DNA of 64,000 bases, taken from contig NC_092673.1 in the NCBI RefSeq assembly GCF_964355755.1, forward strand, positions 35,089,648 to 35,153,647, written 5' to 3'. The translations under genes and the position numbers were made by a program. The notes under the pieces were generated by a model. It saw only the letters and a list, made by a program, of their open reading frames with translations. It was not told the DNA's origin and did not search any database. Source of the stretch: Antedon mediterranea (Eukaryota > Animalia > Echinodermata). Below are positions 13,842-27,149 of this stretch, in pieces. Every line of letters starts with the position of its first letter. Position 1 is the first letter of the stretch.

Positions 13842-15435
13842 CATGTACTATATTGCAGTACTATATTCCATGTACTATATTGCATGTACTATATTGCGTG
13901 TACTATATTGCAGTACTATATTGCATGTACTATATTGCATGTATTATATTGCATGTACTATATTGCATGTACTATATTGCATGTACTATATTGCATGTAC
14001 TATATTGCATGTACTATATTGCATGTACTATATTGCGTGTACTATATTGCGTGTACTATATTGCGTGTACTATATTCCGTGTACTATATTGCGTGTACTA
14101 TATTGCAGTACTATATTGCGTGTACTATGTTGCGTGTACTATATTGCGTGTACTATATTGCGTGTACTATATTCCGTGTACTATATCGCGTGTACTATAT
14201 TGCGTGTACTATATTGCAGTACTATATTGCATGTACTATGTTGCATGTACTAAATTGCATGTACTATATTGCGTGTACTATATTGCGTGTACTATATTGC
14301 ATGTACTATGTTGCATGTACTAAATTGCATGTACTATATTGCGTGTACTATATTGCGTGTACTATATTGCAGTACTATATTGCATGTACTATATTGCATG
14401 TATTATATTGCATGTACTATATTGCATGTACTATATTGCATGTACTATATTGCATGTACTATATTGCATGTACTATATTGCATGTACTATATTGCGTGTA
14501 CTATATTGCGTGTACTATATTGCGTGTACTATATTGCGTGTACTATATTCCGTGTACTATATTGCGTGTACTATATTGCAGTACTATATTGCGTGTACTA
14601 TGTTGCGTGTACTATATTGCGTGTACTATATTGCGTGTACTATATTCCGTGTACTATATCGCGTGTACTATATCGCGTGTACTATATTGCGTGTACTATA
14701 TTGCGTGTACTATGTTGCGTGTACTATGTTGCATGTACTATGTTGCATGTACTATATTGCATGTACTATATTGCATGTACATATCGCATGTACTATATCG
14801 CGTGTACTATATCGCGTGCACTATATTGCGTGTACTATATTGCGTGTACTATGTTGCATGTACTATGTTGCATGTACTATGTTGCATGTACTATATTGCA
14901 TGTACTATATTGCATTTACTATATTGCATTTACTATATTGCATGTACTATATTGCATGTACTATATTGCATGTACTATGTTGCATGTACTATATTGCGTG
15001 TACTATATTGCATGTACTATATCGCGTGCACTATGTTGCATGTACTATGTTGCATGTACTATATTGCGTGTACTATATTGCATGTACTATATTGCGTGTA
15101 CTATATTGCATGTACTATGTTGCATGTACTATGTTGCATGTACTATATTGCATGTACATATCGCATGTACTATATCGCGTGTACTATATCGCGTGCACTA
15201 TATCGCATGTACTATATTGCGTGTACTATATTGCATGTACTATGTTGCATGTACTATATTGCATGTACTATATTGCGTGTACTATATTGCATGTACTATG
15301 TTGCATGTACTATGTTGCATGTACTATATTGCATGTACTATATTGCATTTACTATATTGCATTTACTATATTGCATGTATTATATTGCATGTATTATATT
15401 GCATGTATTATACTGCATGTACCATATTGCGTGTT
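13842..15435. repeat. 14-bp minisatellite (gcatgtactatatt)n, ~110 copies
   Basis: Direct inspection; gcgt/gcag/ccgt variants; ends ~35 bp before the acceptor at 15470. Confidence 0.97.
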
Positions 15436-15470
15436 TATAAACTTATAGTGGTGTTGTCTTTACATTTTAG

Positions 15471-16007
15471 AAATCTCAGTGGAAGAATTTAATGAACTGT
15501 TGACTGATACAGCAAATTGGTATGACCGACTTGGATACCTGAAAGCGTTGAAAGTTTTATACAAAGACCATTTGAAAAAATCTAATGTAGCAGTGTCTAA
15601 TGCTAAAAGTGTCTGGTATCTACTACAGGATTTAACAGGCTCTGGAAGTTTAAGTCCATCAAATCTTACTATCATATACGACACAATAAAGATAACCAAG
15701 CAATTTGGCTTTAAGTCAAACGTTAAGAATCAATCTTCAGAAGATATTAAGAACCATGTAGTATCAATGTTGACATCTTACAGACAGAAGCTTTTTCGGT
15801 TGGGACTAGAACTTAAAAAGGATGAAGTATCAAAACTTGATTTTATTTTTAACAATCCATTATTAAAGAACTATCCAGATAGCTGGAGTTTGATTAAGGA
15901 TTTTGAAGACAGAAAGATCATTGATAGCGATTATGCAAGGATGGAGGATTTTCTTAATGTTTTAGAAAGAAATGGAATGACAAAGGCTAGGAAGATTTTT
16001 CTTGATG
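15471..16007 (+). CDS. NLR gene exon: tandem death-effector domain pair A (phase 1-1, 537 bp)
   Basis: ttttag| acceptor and G|gttagt donor; FNELL...LKVLYKDHL...LLQDL...LSPSNLTII, then SYRQKLFRLGLELKKDEV, resembling caspase-8/FLIP DED1+DED2. Confidence 0.8.
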
Positions 16008-17011
16008 GTTAGTTTCTTTGTTTTTATTTATTTTTGATTATAGCCTTGATATTTTAAATCATTCAGCCAAATATTTATATCTTTCTTGGCACCTTCTAAT
16101 CCCATGTGTTAAGAATGGCAAATTTTTTGGACCAATTTCTTTGAATGGTAATCTTAGTTATTTTTTACTGTCATGTAAATGTACAGTATTCAAGTCGCAA
16201 ACAGGTAAAAAATGAATACAAAATAAATAATTGTAACCAAGTTAATAATACAAATCGATAAATAAAATAATACAAATGATCAATTGAGTGTAAGTATGTA
16301 AACATTTAAAGATATATTATTCCCCTGAAAACAAATAATTTAAAGAAAAATAAGTTATTTTTATGTTACTAAACAAGGCTATCAAACAAATTGGCTTGGC
16401 AAAATAGGCTATCATAACAGACTTTAATGTTTGTTTAATTTTTTGTGTTTATTGATATTTAATTGTAATTTGGTCATATATTCTAGTGAAATTTTGTGGA
16501 AGCCAATTGACCACTGGCAAATCAAACAAACATTGCATCTAAGCCATAACGTTTACAGATGTATTGTTCCCATGACAAAATATTTTTTTCCTTTTTGTTT
16601 TATATGTTAATTGTTATATGTCACATAATAGTTATCCACTTTGAACAAAAATTAAATCAAAAAGAAAAAACTGTAATTTAAAGCAGAAAATAGTAAAATT
16701 GGCTGCCAGCCAATGGGTTTTTGGTTGAATTTGACTGTTAATTTTGTCATTTTATATAAGAAAACATTTTTTTTATAGTTTTTTTTTACGGAAGGGATTA
16801 ACTTTATTAAAACTACAAAATAACCAATTCAAATTCTGATTTAATAAATCTTTTTTTCATGTTTTGGGGAGGAAAATACATCTTTAATTCAGAGATTTAA
16901 GTCTGGTTCTTTACAAGATTTGTTAAACTCTTTACTGTGGATGAATCCACTGATTATTACTTGCATGTTTTATTACATTAAAATTGTGTTGTACTCATTT
17001 TCACATTATAG

Positions 17012-17545
17012 AAATCTCAGTCAAAGATTTTAATCAACTGTTGATTGATACAGCAGAATGGTATGATCGACTTGGATACCTCACACCCTTGAAATTATTA
17101 TATAAAGACCATCTGACAAAATCTAACACAGGTACAGCTGGAGCTGAAAGTGTCAAGGATCTACTACAGGATTTAACAGCCTCTGGGAAATTGAGTTCAT
17201 CAACTCTTACTCTTCTGTATGACACAGTAAAAATAACCAAGCAATTTGACTTTAAGTCAACAGTTAAAAATCAACCTCCAGAAGATATTGAGAAACATGT
17301 GATATCAATGTTGACACCATTTAGACAAAAGGTTTATCAACTGGGATTAGAACTTAAAGAGAATGATGTATCCACACTAGATTCTTTATATAACATTCCA
17401 GTAAAGAAATATCAAGACAGCTGGAGTTTGATTGAAGACTTTGAAGAGAGAGAGATCATTGATAAGGATTTTAAAAAAATGGACAAATTTTTTACAATTT
17501 TGGAAATAAATGGAATGACAGGAGCAAAGAAGATATTCATTGACG
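17012..17545 (+). CDS. NLR gene exon: tandem DED pair B, duplicate of A (phase 1-1, 534 bp)
   Basis: tatag|aaatctcag acceptor and G|gttagt donor; colinear protein similarity to the 15471 exon (EISV..FN.LL.DTA.WYDRLGYL...KIF.DG). Confidence 0.8.
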
Positions 17546-17574
17546 GTTAGTTTATTTGTTTATTGAATATTAAT

Positions 17575-19060
17575 TAACAGATTTAATAGTGGAATACAGG
17601 ACAATTGAGTGTTTTGTATTTCACATTAAAAATTTTAGGCAGATTTAAACTTTGCATTAGTTTTATTATGATTTAGTCTTAAATTTAAAAGACATAAATC
17701 TTTGGATATTTAAAAGTAACATTCCACTGTTTATATTTAAACTATTGTAATTACAATATTGTAGTAATTTTTTTTCTTTTAAAATTGTGTATACTTTACT
17801 GCAGTAGTATTCTGTAGTTTATATTTGATATGTACCTGTAGCTGCCTTTCTATGTTATCTCTGTGACTCTGTCTGAGTCTTAAATAAAATTAATTTTACC
17901 TACAACACCCATTCAATTCATAAATATATCAATAATAATTAAATTATTGTTACTAAAGTAAACCATAAGAAATTTTAGTATTTTTGGACCACTTTTTGAC
18001 AGACAACTACTATTAATTACAGTACTAGCTTAATCAATCACACAGCAAATATTATTTTTGAATTCCAAAAAGAATCTTTTTTTATATCAACAAACTGAAT
18101 TTTTTTTTATCTAAATGGCAATGGAGCAAATACTTGCTAAGATCACATCTAGTGGGTGCATGGCATAACGATGATCTCCTTATCCCAGACCTCACTTTTC
18201 AGTCACACAGTCTTTTAGCTTCAATGCTCCGACTTTTTTTAAATTCTCTTCCTTTAGATATCCGACTTGCTTCATCTCCTCCTTAAAATTTCTGCACAAG
18301 AACCATCTTCTTATTTAGTTGCTTCCTTTTCTTATCTTTTCTTCTGAGATGGTCAATTTTATTTAATTTAATTCTTTTATTTTTTTATTCTAATTTTGTT
18401 GTAAATTTTATAAATGTTAATTTAATTTTTATTGTTACATGTTTATGTATCGTCATGTTGTATTTTTATGATGGTCCCTAATGATCAATAGGACCATCCT
18501 GGTAAATTATTTTAGAAATAAAATAAAAATAAAATTAGTGACTTTAGTAGTGTAATACAGGACAATAAATTATGAGGGAGATTCAAACGTTGCCGTTATT
18601 TTTATTATGATTTGGCCTTAATTTAGAAATACAGAAAATCATCAAATTCTTAGATACGTCTTTGGATATTTAAAAGTAACATTGTACTGTTTTATATTTA
18701 AACTATTGTAATTACAGTATTGTAGTAAAATTGTTCTTTCTTTTTCTTTCCAAATTGTGTCTACTTTGCTACAGTAGTATTCCGCTTGAAGTTTATATTT
18801 GATATGTAGCTGCCTTTGTCTCTGTCTGTTACACCTATTCATTTCATAAATATATTAATAATAATTTAATTATTGTTACTAAAGTAAACCATAAGCAAAT
18901 TAAACATTTTTGACCACTTTTTGACAGACAATTACTATTAATTACGGTACTAGCTTAATCAATCTCACAGCAAATATTTTTTTTTCAATTCAAAAATAAA
19001 TTTTTTTTTTCTTATCAACAAACTGAAAAAAAGTATTTAAATGGCAATGGAGCAAATGAA
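17575..19060 (+). repeat. Intronic direct duplication (17575-18130 vs 18535-19060), partly homologous to 12825-13170, separated by a LINE 3' fragment (~18140-18535)
   Basis: Shared cagtagtatt...gtttatatttgatat...taaaccataag...gaccacttttt...ctattaattac; the intervening piece ends aaataaaataaaaataaaa. Confidence 0.7.
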
Positions 19061-19460
19061 CAAAATGTGAAGAGACATTAAGTAATGCAATTATACATGG
19101 ACAGCATAGAATAGGTGTCTTTGTGATTATTTAGCATATTACATTTTCATTAGGTTATTTGTTATTCTAATTTATTCAATTGGCAATAGAGTCAATGAAC
19201 AAAGAGTGAAGAGACATTAAATCATGCAATGATACATGGACAGCATAGAATAGGTGTCTTTGTGATTATTTAGCATATTACATATTCATTAGGTTATTTG
19301 TTATTCTAATTTATTCAATTGGCAATAGAGTCAATGAACAAAGAGTGAAGAGACATTAAATCATGCAATGATACATGGACAGCATTAGCATAGAATAGGT
19401 GTCATCTATTTAACATTTAAAATTTTGCATATTAATAAGGTTATTCATTATTCTAATTCC
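19043..19460. repeat. 139-bp tandem repeat, ~3 copies
   Basis: ggcaatagagtcaatgaacaaagagtgaagagacatta at 19182 and 19321; diverged copy at 19043. Confidence 0.85.
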
Positions 19461-19680
19461 CCAACAAGAATATCATTAAAATGCCAATAATAGCAAAATC
19501 TTTTAGGTGGTGGGCATCATAGCTGTACAGTGAGTGCTGCTACGTGACATCCCCACGGCCCATTGTTCACAAGATACAAGATATATTTTTATTGTTCCTT
19601 TTATAAACATAAATCATACAAACTGTGACGTATTGACACTGATTATACTTGTACTGTTGTATTGATTTTTTTAAACTTAG

Positions 19681-19755
19681 ATGTGGAATCAAATGAAAGA
19701 GTAATGAAGCTTTCTTCTTTAAACTGGGAACAACAACTATCACCAACAGATAAAG
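19681..19755 (+). CDS. NLR gene linker micro-exon 1 (75 bp, phase 1-1): DVESNERVMKLSSLNWEQQLSPTDK
   Basis: aaacttag| and AAAG|gtataa; open in the required phase; paralogous to micro-exon 30926-30973. Confidence 0.7.
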
Positions 19756-20081
19756 GTATAATAACATTGAATTTTGTATAAAAAAACACCAATTAAATTA
19801 AATACTACTACTGGGCCTAGACGCATGCGCAGGTATAGGTTACTGTTTCTTCTGTCTACCGTCCCCTTTTCATCTACCGATGCAAAGCTCACTAAATCGG
19901 AATATCAGGTTTGTGCTGTAGTTCAATTAGTCATAATTTACGTCTTCAGATACCGTCTAGATTGATCCTATGTTGATGATCAGTTTAATATCAAGTTTAA
20001 TATCAAGTTGGAACACGCATTATTTTATAAGATTTATACATTCTAATATTTTATAAGATTGCTTTATTTTAATTTTTGCAG

Positions 20082-20624
20082 ACAAAACTGAAGCAGATGT
20101 TGATGCCTTGTACCTTAAGGATAAGTTCCAAACTTTAAAATATGAACTTAGCAATATCTATAAGGGTCAGTTTTACAAGTGGTTGATATTCTGCCTGTGT
20201 GATAAGATATGTGTGGAAGATTTTACCTGTGATGATGGTACAGGAATTCTTTTATTGAATGAACTTCAACGAACTGGTAAAATCACACCTTATAAATTTA
20301 CTGTTCTGTTGGATATTGCAATTTTAACCGGTTTTAGAGAGGCTGAAGGTCTGGTAATTCAATATATGATAGATAACAATGTTGAACCTGTTGATGACGA
20401 AAGGCTGTCATTGTTTCGACAACAACTATTCCAGGTTTTAAGAGACTGTGGAAAAAATGAGTTGAAGAAAGTTAATCAAAATTATGATGTACTGAAAACA
20501 TTTAAATCGACAAATATTTGGGATTCTGTGCTAATACTAGAGAGAGAAAAACTCCTAAACACACCTGCACACATAGATAAGTTTGCACATCTTCTTGGAA
20601 AATCCACTGCACAGAGACTACTTG
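20082..20624 (+). CDS. NLR gene exon: tandem DED pair C (phase 1-1, 543 bp)
   Basis: tttttgcag| and G|gtatgt; FQTLKYELS...LIFCL...LLNELQRTGKITP...LSLFRQQLFQVL; homologous to the 62033 exon. Confidence 0.8.
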
Positions 20625-20773
20625 GTATGTATTATTTCTTATTACTCACTGTGCCAGTAAAGAAATAGCAAAAATATCAAAACAGCTAGAGTGACGAAAA
20701 ATGTTCTGGGCCATATTTCTTAAAATTTATAAAGATTTTTTTCACTTTCTTATTTTGTCATTGTCTCCTTTTC

Positions 20774-20946
20774 TGTAATGTATTATGTATAGCTATAGTA
20801 TTCTCAGATACTCCTAAATATTAGTATAGCGCCACCTATGTTGAAATAAAACTGATTTACAAAATGGACGATACACTGTTTATGTCATGAGGCATGAGGT
20901 CTATAAACAATCAATTGTAATCCACAAACATCTTCAGTATACAACA
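20774..20946 (+). repeat. 5' LTR (173 bp)
   Basis: Near identical to 30625-30787; tgta...caaca; contains aataaa. Confidence 0.92.
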
Positions 20947-20949
20947 AAT

Positions 20950-21735
20950 AGACACGTTTCGCGCACGCGAGGTCACCGTCAGTTTGACCTTTTAGTGGGT
21001 ATACAATGGTAAACAAACACAGCGAGAGGTATGTTAAAGCATGGGAGAACTGAGAGATGATCATCTTAAAAAGCAATTGTCAAAACTAGCCTTTTGATGA
21101 AATGGCATGGTAAGGATGTTATTTATTTTCTAAACTTATGTTTTATATTCACTGTAGAATTATTTGGGCATTTGGTTCGGAATCATCGACTTTATTTATG
21201 TATTGTCATTTTTGGTTTGACACATATATATTGCATTTAATACATGTTAACTGTTGATTTTATTTACAAATGTTGCGTAAATATATTAATTATTATCTTT
21301 CATTCTTCTTCATGCTCCTATTGCATCTTCCATGTATTATGTGATGTTCTTCGGCGCTTAAACAGACACCAAGCCTCCTACTAGGCCTAGTAGACGAATA
21401 ACCGCATCAGGCAACGCCACCGGGCGGGCGGAGAGACACGAGCACATCGTGGACGTACCTTTCCTTGAAAAATTTCCAAGATTTTGCGCCACTATCCTTC
21501 GGAGCCGACGCAAACCACTCAGCAAGTATTTGAAAATTAAAAACAGGAATATTATTCAGTGATTTTGTGTTCACGATTTATCCAACATATACAACATTTA
21601 TGATGCACCTTGCAACAAAAGCACTCGGCAGTCGCCATTTCGCTATGCTTCAACACGCACTAGGCGAGAGGTGTTCGGTTTGTTTACAAATCTATACCCA
21701 CTATTTCTGATTGGTCGCGAGCGCGAAACGTGTCT
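20950..21735. mobile_element. Non-autonomous TIR DNA transposon (786 bp) between the LTR and the PBS; AT TSD, possibly ISL2EU-type
   Basis: TIRs agacacgtttcgcgc / gcgcgaaacgtgtct with AT on both sides; removal puts the PBS 3 nt from the LTR end. Confidence 0.85.
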
Positions 21736-21788
21736 ATTGGCGACGAAGATTAAAATAAGGTAACGTTATAGAACAATTATAACAAAAA

Positions 21789-24700
21789 ATGCCTACAATA
21801 GGAAGCATAGAAGCCTACGATAACAATTCGGAAGATTGGACCGCATATGCGGAAAGGCTAGAATCCTATGTTGACGCTAATGGTATAGCGGATGATAAAC
21901 GGGTAGCAACACTACTGACAGTGATAGGACCCAAAACATATGGCCTGTTAAAAGACCTATGCACACCAGACATACCAAAAACCAAAACGTTTAAAGAGCT
22001 ATGCGATTTACTAAACATGCATTACTCACCCAAGCCTTTAGTTATAGCGGAGAGGTTCCGATTTTACAAACGAAATCAGAAACCAGGAGAGTCAATAAAG
22101 GACTTTTTCTTGCTGAACTTAGGCATCTGACTAAACACTGTGATTTCGGTGACAAGCTAAGCGAATCCATCAGGGATAAATTAGTTGTAGGGTTGCAGTC
22201 AACAGCCATACAAAAACGCCTCCTAACAGAAAGCAACTTAACACTTACAAAAGCAACCGAGTTAGCCTTAGGAATGGAATCTGCTCAAAAAGACGCCACA
22301 GAAATAAGTGGTAAACCAATCGCCAGCACTGATTACGTCGCACGCAAAACTTACAAAGCACAGCACACTAAGCCTAAGTCAATATGCCACCGATGCGATA
22401 GCAACACGCACCGATCTGACAAATGCAAATTTATCGACACGATATGCAATTTCTGTAAGGGCAAAGGTCACATCGAAAAAGCTTGCTTCAAAAAGAAGAA
22501 AAGTCAAGCGGGTTCAAAGGCGAAACCTGCATACAAAGGTACGAACTGTCGAGGGAGAGTCGGATGATAACGTTGAATTAAAGGGACTCGATCAAATTAC
22601 AGTGGCAATTGACAATATTGAATCTGATACGACTCCAATTTGGATCCAACCATACATAATCGGAGTGAAAGTAAATATGGAGCTAGACACTGGTGCTACT
22701 TACTCAATTATGAACCACAATGATTTTCGCAAGTATTTCCCGAACATGAGGTTAGATACGGTTCTAGAAAAATTCAAAACATACTCCGGCGAACCAATTA
22801 CATGCATTGGTGCTTGTAATGCTCACGTGAGTTACAATGGACAAACGGCGGATAGCAGATTGTTTATTGTAGAAAATGGTGGACCTCCATTATTTGGAAG
22901 AGCGTGGTTGAACAAGATTAAGCTGCCATGGCATGAAATCTTTAATGTAAATACAAACAGCCAAGCTCATATAAAAGTTACTCAGCTGATAGAAACATAT
23001 GCTGAACTCTTTTCAGAAAGAGTGGGTCTACTGAAAGGACAAAAAGCAAACCTTCACATGGAAGAGAACGCTACACCAAAATTCTGCAAAAGCAGGGAAT
23101 TAGTACCTTACGCACTGCGTCCAGCAGTAGACAAGGAACTCGACAGACTCGAGAAAGAAGGCATTATCACACAAATCAAATTCAGCGAATGGGCTACACC
23201 TGTAGTTCCCATTGTAAAACCCGATAAGTCTATTAGATTATGTGGTGACTACAAGGTCACTGTCAACCCGGCAATAAAACCTGACAAACACCCAATGCCA
23301 AAAATTGAGGACATATTTGCGACACTAGCTGGAGGAGAGAAATTCTCAAAGTTAGACCTAAAAAACGCATACTTACAGTACACTTGGAAATGAGTGAGGA
23401 AGCAAAACGAATACTCACCATTAACACACAAAAAGGGCTATACCAGGTAAATAGACTACCCTACGGTATAACCCCAGCGACCGGCATATGGCAGCGGATT
23501 ATGGAGCAAGTACTCCAAGGTATCCCAGGAGTTGCCTGCATACTAGATGATATGATTATAACTGGTCAAAATGACGACGTTCATTTGGAGCGCCTAAAAC
23601 AAGTGTTAGAAAGACTAAGGGAAAATGGTCTAATTCTGAATAAGAACAAATGTCAATTTCTGAAAACAAAGGTAACCTTCTTAGGTCATGTGATAGACAA
23701 ACAAGGTCTTCATAAGTCGTTAGACAAGATTGACGCGGTAGTAAATGCCCCACCACCCACAGACGTATCAACGCTACGATCGTTTATTGGTTTAATCAAT
23801 TATTACCATCGTTTCTCGTTTCTTACCCAACTTGTCATCTATTCTCTACCCATTACATCAGCTACTACAGAAAGAAAAAAAATGGAAATGGTCTAGCGAA
23901 TGTGAGGAAGCATTTGTTAAAGTAAAAAACATGATAGCGGAAGAGTGTGTACTCGCGCACTACGATCCAAAGCTACCTGTGAGATTAGCAACTGACGCAT
24001 CTCCATACGGTCTTGGCGCCGTATTATCACACGTCGTAAATGGTGAAGAACGCCCAATAGCGTTTGCTTCGAGAAGCCTTACTGTAGCAGAAAAGAATTA
24101 TTCGCAAATAGACAAAGAAGCGCTAGGTATCGTTTATGGAGTAAAGAAATTCACAGCATACCTGTTAGGGAGAAAATTCACATTGTTAACCGATAACCAA
24201 CCACTCACAAGACTGTTTAGCCCAACGAAAGCGATTCCAGCTACGGCAGCAGCCAGGTTAACGCGACAAGCAATTTTTCTTACGGGATTTGACTATGAAA
24301 TCGTCTACCGTCCAAGCGCAGATAACATGAACGCTGACGCATTGTCGAGACTACCACTACACATGCAAAGTGAAAAGTCAAACAAACCTGACGACATAGA
24401 GTTAGTTTACACGGATTGCTTTGAAGCACTGCCTGTCACGTTTAAACAAATTAAGGAACATACCAGACGTGATCCAATATTATCTAGGGTACTAGAGTAC
24501 ACGAAAAACGGTTGGCCCAGCCAACGAGACGACGAACTTGAAGCATTTTACCGTAGAAAGGACGAATTAAATCTAATCGATGAATGTTTATTATGGGGGA
24601 ACCGAATAATTATTCCTCCCAAGCTACGCAAAGAAGTAAGCGACGAACTCCACCAGGGACATCTCGGGGTAGTAAAAATGAAATCTATCGCGAGAAGCTA

Positions 24701-25730
24701 CTGTTGGTGGCCCAGAATGGACCACGATATTGAGACATTAGCGAAAGCATGTCCAGGTTGCAAACTTAACATGAAGGAGCCACCAAAAGCACCATTACAC
24801 CCGTGGGAGTGGCCTGAAAACGTATATGACCGCATCCATATCGATTACGCAGGTCCTATCGACGGCATTATGTATTTAGTAGTTGTAGACGCGCACTCCA
24901 AATGGCCAGAAGTATTAGCGACTAGAGATACCTCTTCGAGTAAAACCATTACCATGCTGAGAAGTCTATTCGCACAATACGGCCTATGCAAGATACTTGT
25001 GTCGGACAACGGACCGCAATTTAAGTCAAGTGAGTTTGAAATGTTCTTGAAAAGCAATGGTATCACTCACATTACTTCTGCACCTTATCATCCTGCGACT
25101 AATGGTCTCGCAGAGCGCATAGTCCAAACATTTAAAAATGCCTTGAAAATGGCAAAACTGGACAAAGGAAGTAAACAGCTAAAGTTAGACAATTTCTTAT
25201 TACACTACAGGAATTCACTACATGCTACAACCGGTGTAAGTCCAGCACAGTTATTCCTAAATAGAAATTTGAGAACAAGACTTGACCAAATTAAACCTGA
25301 TCTAAAGCGGAAAGTTTTCGAGAATCAAAACAAGCAAAGAGTAAACCCAGGAAAACAACGCGAATTCAAAATTGGACAAAAAGTGTTAGCTAGAGATTAC
25401 AGAAATGAGGATAAGTGGGTAACAGCTGAAATTATAGCAGTAAATGGCCCACTGTCATACGAAGTGAAAACACAACAAGGAGGACTGTGGAATAGACATG
25501 TCGAACAATTGCGCGAAACGCTATTGAAAACTACAGAAATCACCCCACTGACATTGACACCACAGTACATACCGGAAGCGACACCAACACCAACAAAGGA
25601 AACACCACCTTCAATCGCAAACAATCAACAAAGCGAAGAAGCAGTAAATAAAGAAATCATGAACGCTAAAACACCAAGACGCTCCAAGAGAGTGGTCAAA
25701 AGCCCTAAAAGGCTTATAGCTGAAATATAA
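21789..25730 (+). pseudogene. Gypsy gag-pol, frameshifted (~22108, ~22545, ~23385, ~23820)
   Basis: Zinc knuckles CHRC...H....C and CNFCKGKGHIEKAC; protease LDTGA; RT ILDD; RNase H DASPYGLGAVL; integrase H..H...CPGC and HIDYAGP/SDNGPQF/NGLAER, split over five ORFs. Confidence 0.93.
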
Positions 25731-26007
25731 TGAACTCATTGTCTTCCAATAAAATACACAAGACTTTTGAACTGAACATTGATTTTTAATTCATATATAA
25801 ATCTCAATTATTCTCTTTCACCTAATTGTACAACAATATATGTAACAAACTATGCGACCGAGAAGGTAAGACGTACACATACGGAGCTCCGCCACAAATA
25901 TTTTATACTTTGCCAACACCAATTACGCCTGGTCATTCTCTTGGATTTCATAAAGTAGTAAGTTATCTTACCTTTAATCACATCATTAACAGTATTTAAT
26001 CATTAAA

Positions 26008-26793
26008 ATGAGTACTAGAAAGAGTAAAAAATCGGCCGATCTAACGCCTACAACCGACTCAATTGAAACTGCCGCTACTGCAAATGACACGTCAGCACAA
26101 ATAAATGCCCTTCGTAGTGAGCTCCAGAAATTTGCAGCTGATATTAACTCAAAAATTGACAATGGAATTAAATCAATTAAAGATAATCAACAGGTATTGA
26201 TCAACAGAATGGAAGAAATAGAAAATAAACAATCTGTTATGGAAAAATCACTGGAATTTGTTTCGGAAAATACAACTGAAATAAAAACGGAAGTGACTGG
26301 ACTGGAGGCTAGCGTCACTTCAATTGAAGCGGAACTGAAAGAAAAGGGTGACAGAATCAGCGTTTTGGAAAAGGAATTACTCAAAATGGAAAGATATAGT
26401 AGGAGTTTCAATCTAAGATTTGGAGGCATCTCAGAAAAGGAAGGAGAAAATCCGATAGATGAAATATCAAATTTAATAGATAATGAACTTGACTTAGCAG
26501 GCGTTACCATTGAAAACGCACACAGAACGGGTAGGCCTAAAACCGGATCGCAAACAACAGTTCCCAGACACATAATAGCGAAATTTCTATACAGACCGCA
26601 AAGGTTCTCTATCCTATCAAAGGCTAAAAAAATAAAGAAAAAAAGCTTTTATGTCATGGAAGACCTACCCCTATCTGATGTGAAAAAAAAACATCAACTA
26701 AAGGATGTAATGTCGAAGGCATATCTAGCAGGCAAGCACCCGTCTTTTCGTAACGGCACATTGTATATAGATGGAATGCCTTATCGTGAATAG
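26008..26793 (+). CDS. LINE ORF1 protein (coiled coil plus RRM-like domain)
   Basis: 261 aa intact ORF; heptad-rich N half, then YSRSFNLRFGGISE...IENAHRTG...PRHIIAKF...VMEDL. Confidence 0.85.
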   Translation: MSTRKSKKSADLTPTTDSIETAATANDTSAQINALRSELQKFAADINSKIDNGIKSIKDNQQVLINRMEEIENKQSVMEKSLEFVSENTTEIKTEVTGLEASVTSIEAELKEKGDRISVLEKELLKMERYSRSFNLRFGGISEKEGENPIDEISNLIDNELDLAGVTIENAHRTGRPKTGSQTTVPRHIIAKFLYRPQRFSILSKAKKIKKKSFYVMEDLPLSDVKKKHQLKDVMSKAYLAGKHPSFRNGTLYIDGMPYRE

Positions 26794-27149
26794 TCCTAAT
26801 GACGCAATCAGAATGTAACTTGAATAGCTATTCAAGTATTTATCGCACATTGACACGTAGGCCTATTTTATATAATCGTTTATTCTACCTTTAGAAGGCC
26901 TAGTAGACGTGTGCATTGCGTTTTTTATGTACATATACGAGAACCATTATGTTATGTTGGACCATCATGGACCTGATTATTTGGCGGAGCAAAGAAGCAA
27001 AGAAATTGAATATTTATTTATAATACTTACTTTGTAATGAACTTGCATATATGTATTCATATTTTTATTAATTATGTATGTATATTTATTTATTTATGTT
27101 TTATTTATTTGTTATTATTTATGTTTGTTTTATCATATCTTCCTGATCC

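Noticed and set aside
13824-15492. Long Cys/Tyr-rich ORFs up to 538 aa
   Set aside because: Translations of a 14-bp minisatellite that lacks stops on this strand; open in all three frames, with no sign of real coding
22100-23830. Programmed ribosomal frameshifts in Gypsy gag-pol
   Set aside because: Four shifts, several falling inside gag and RT, indicate decay or sequencing error rather than one regulated gag/pol shift
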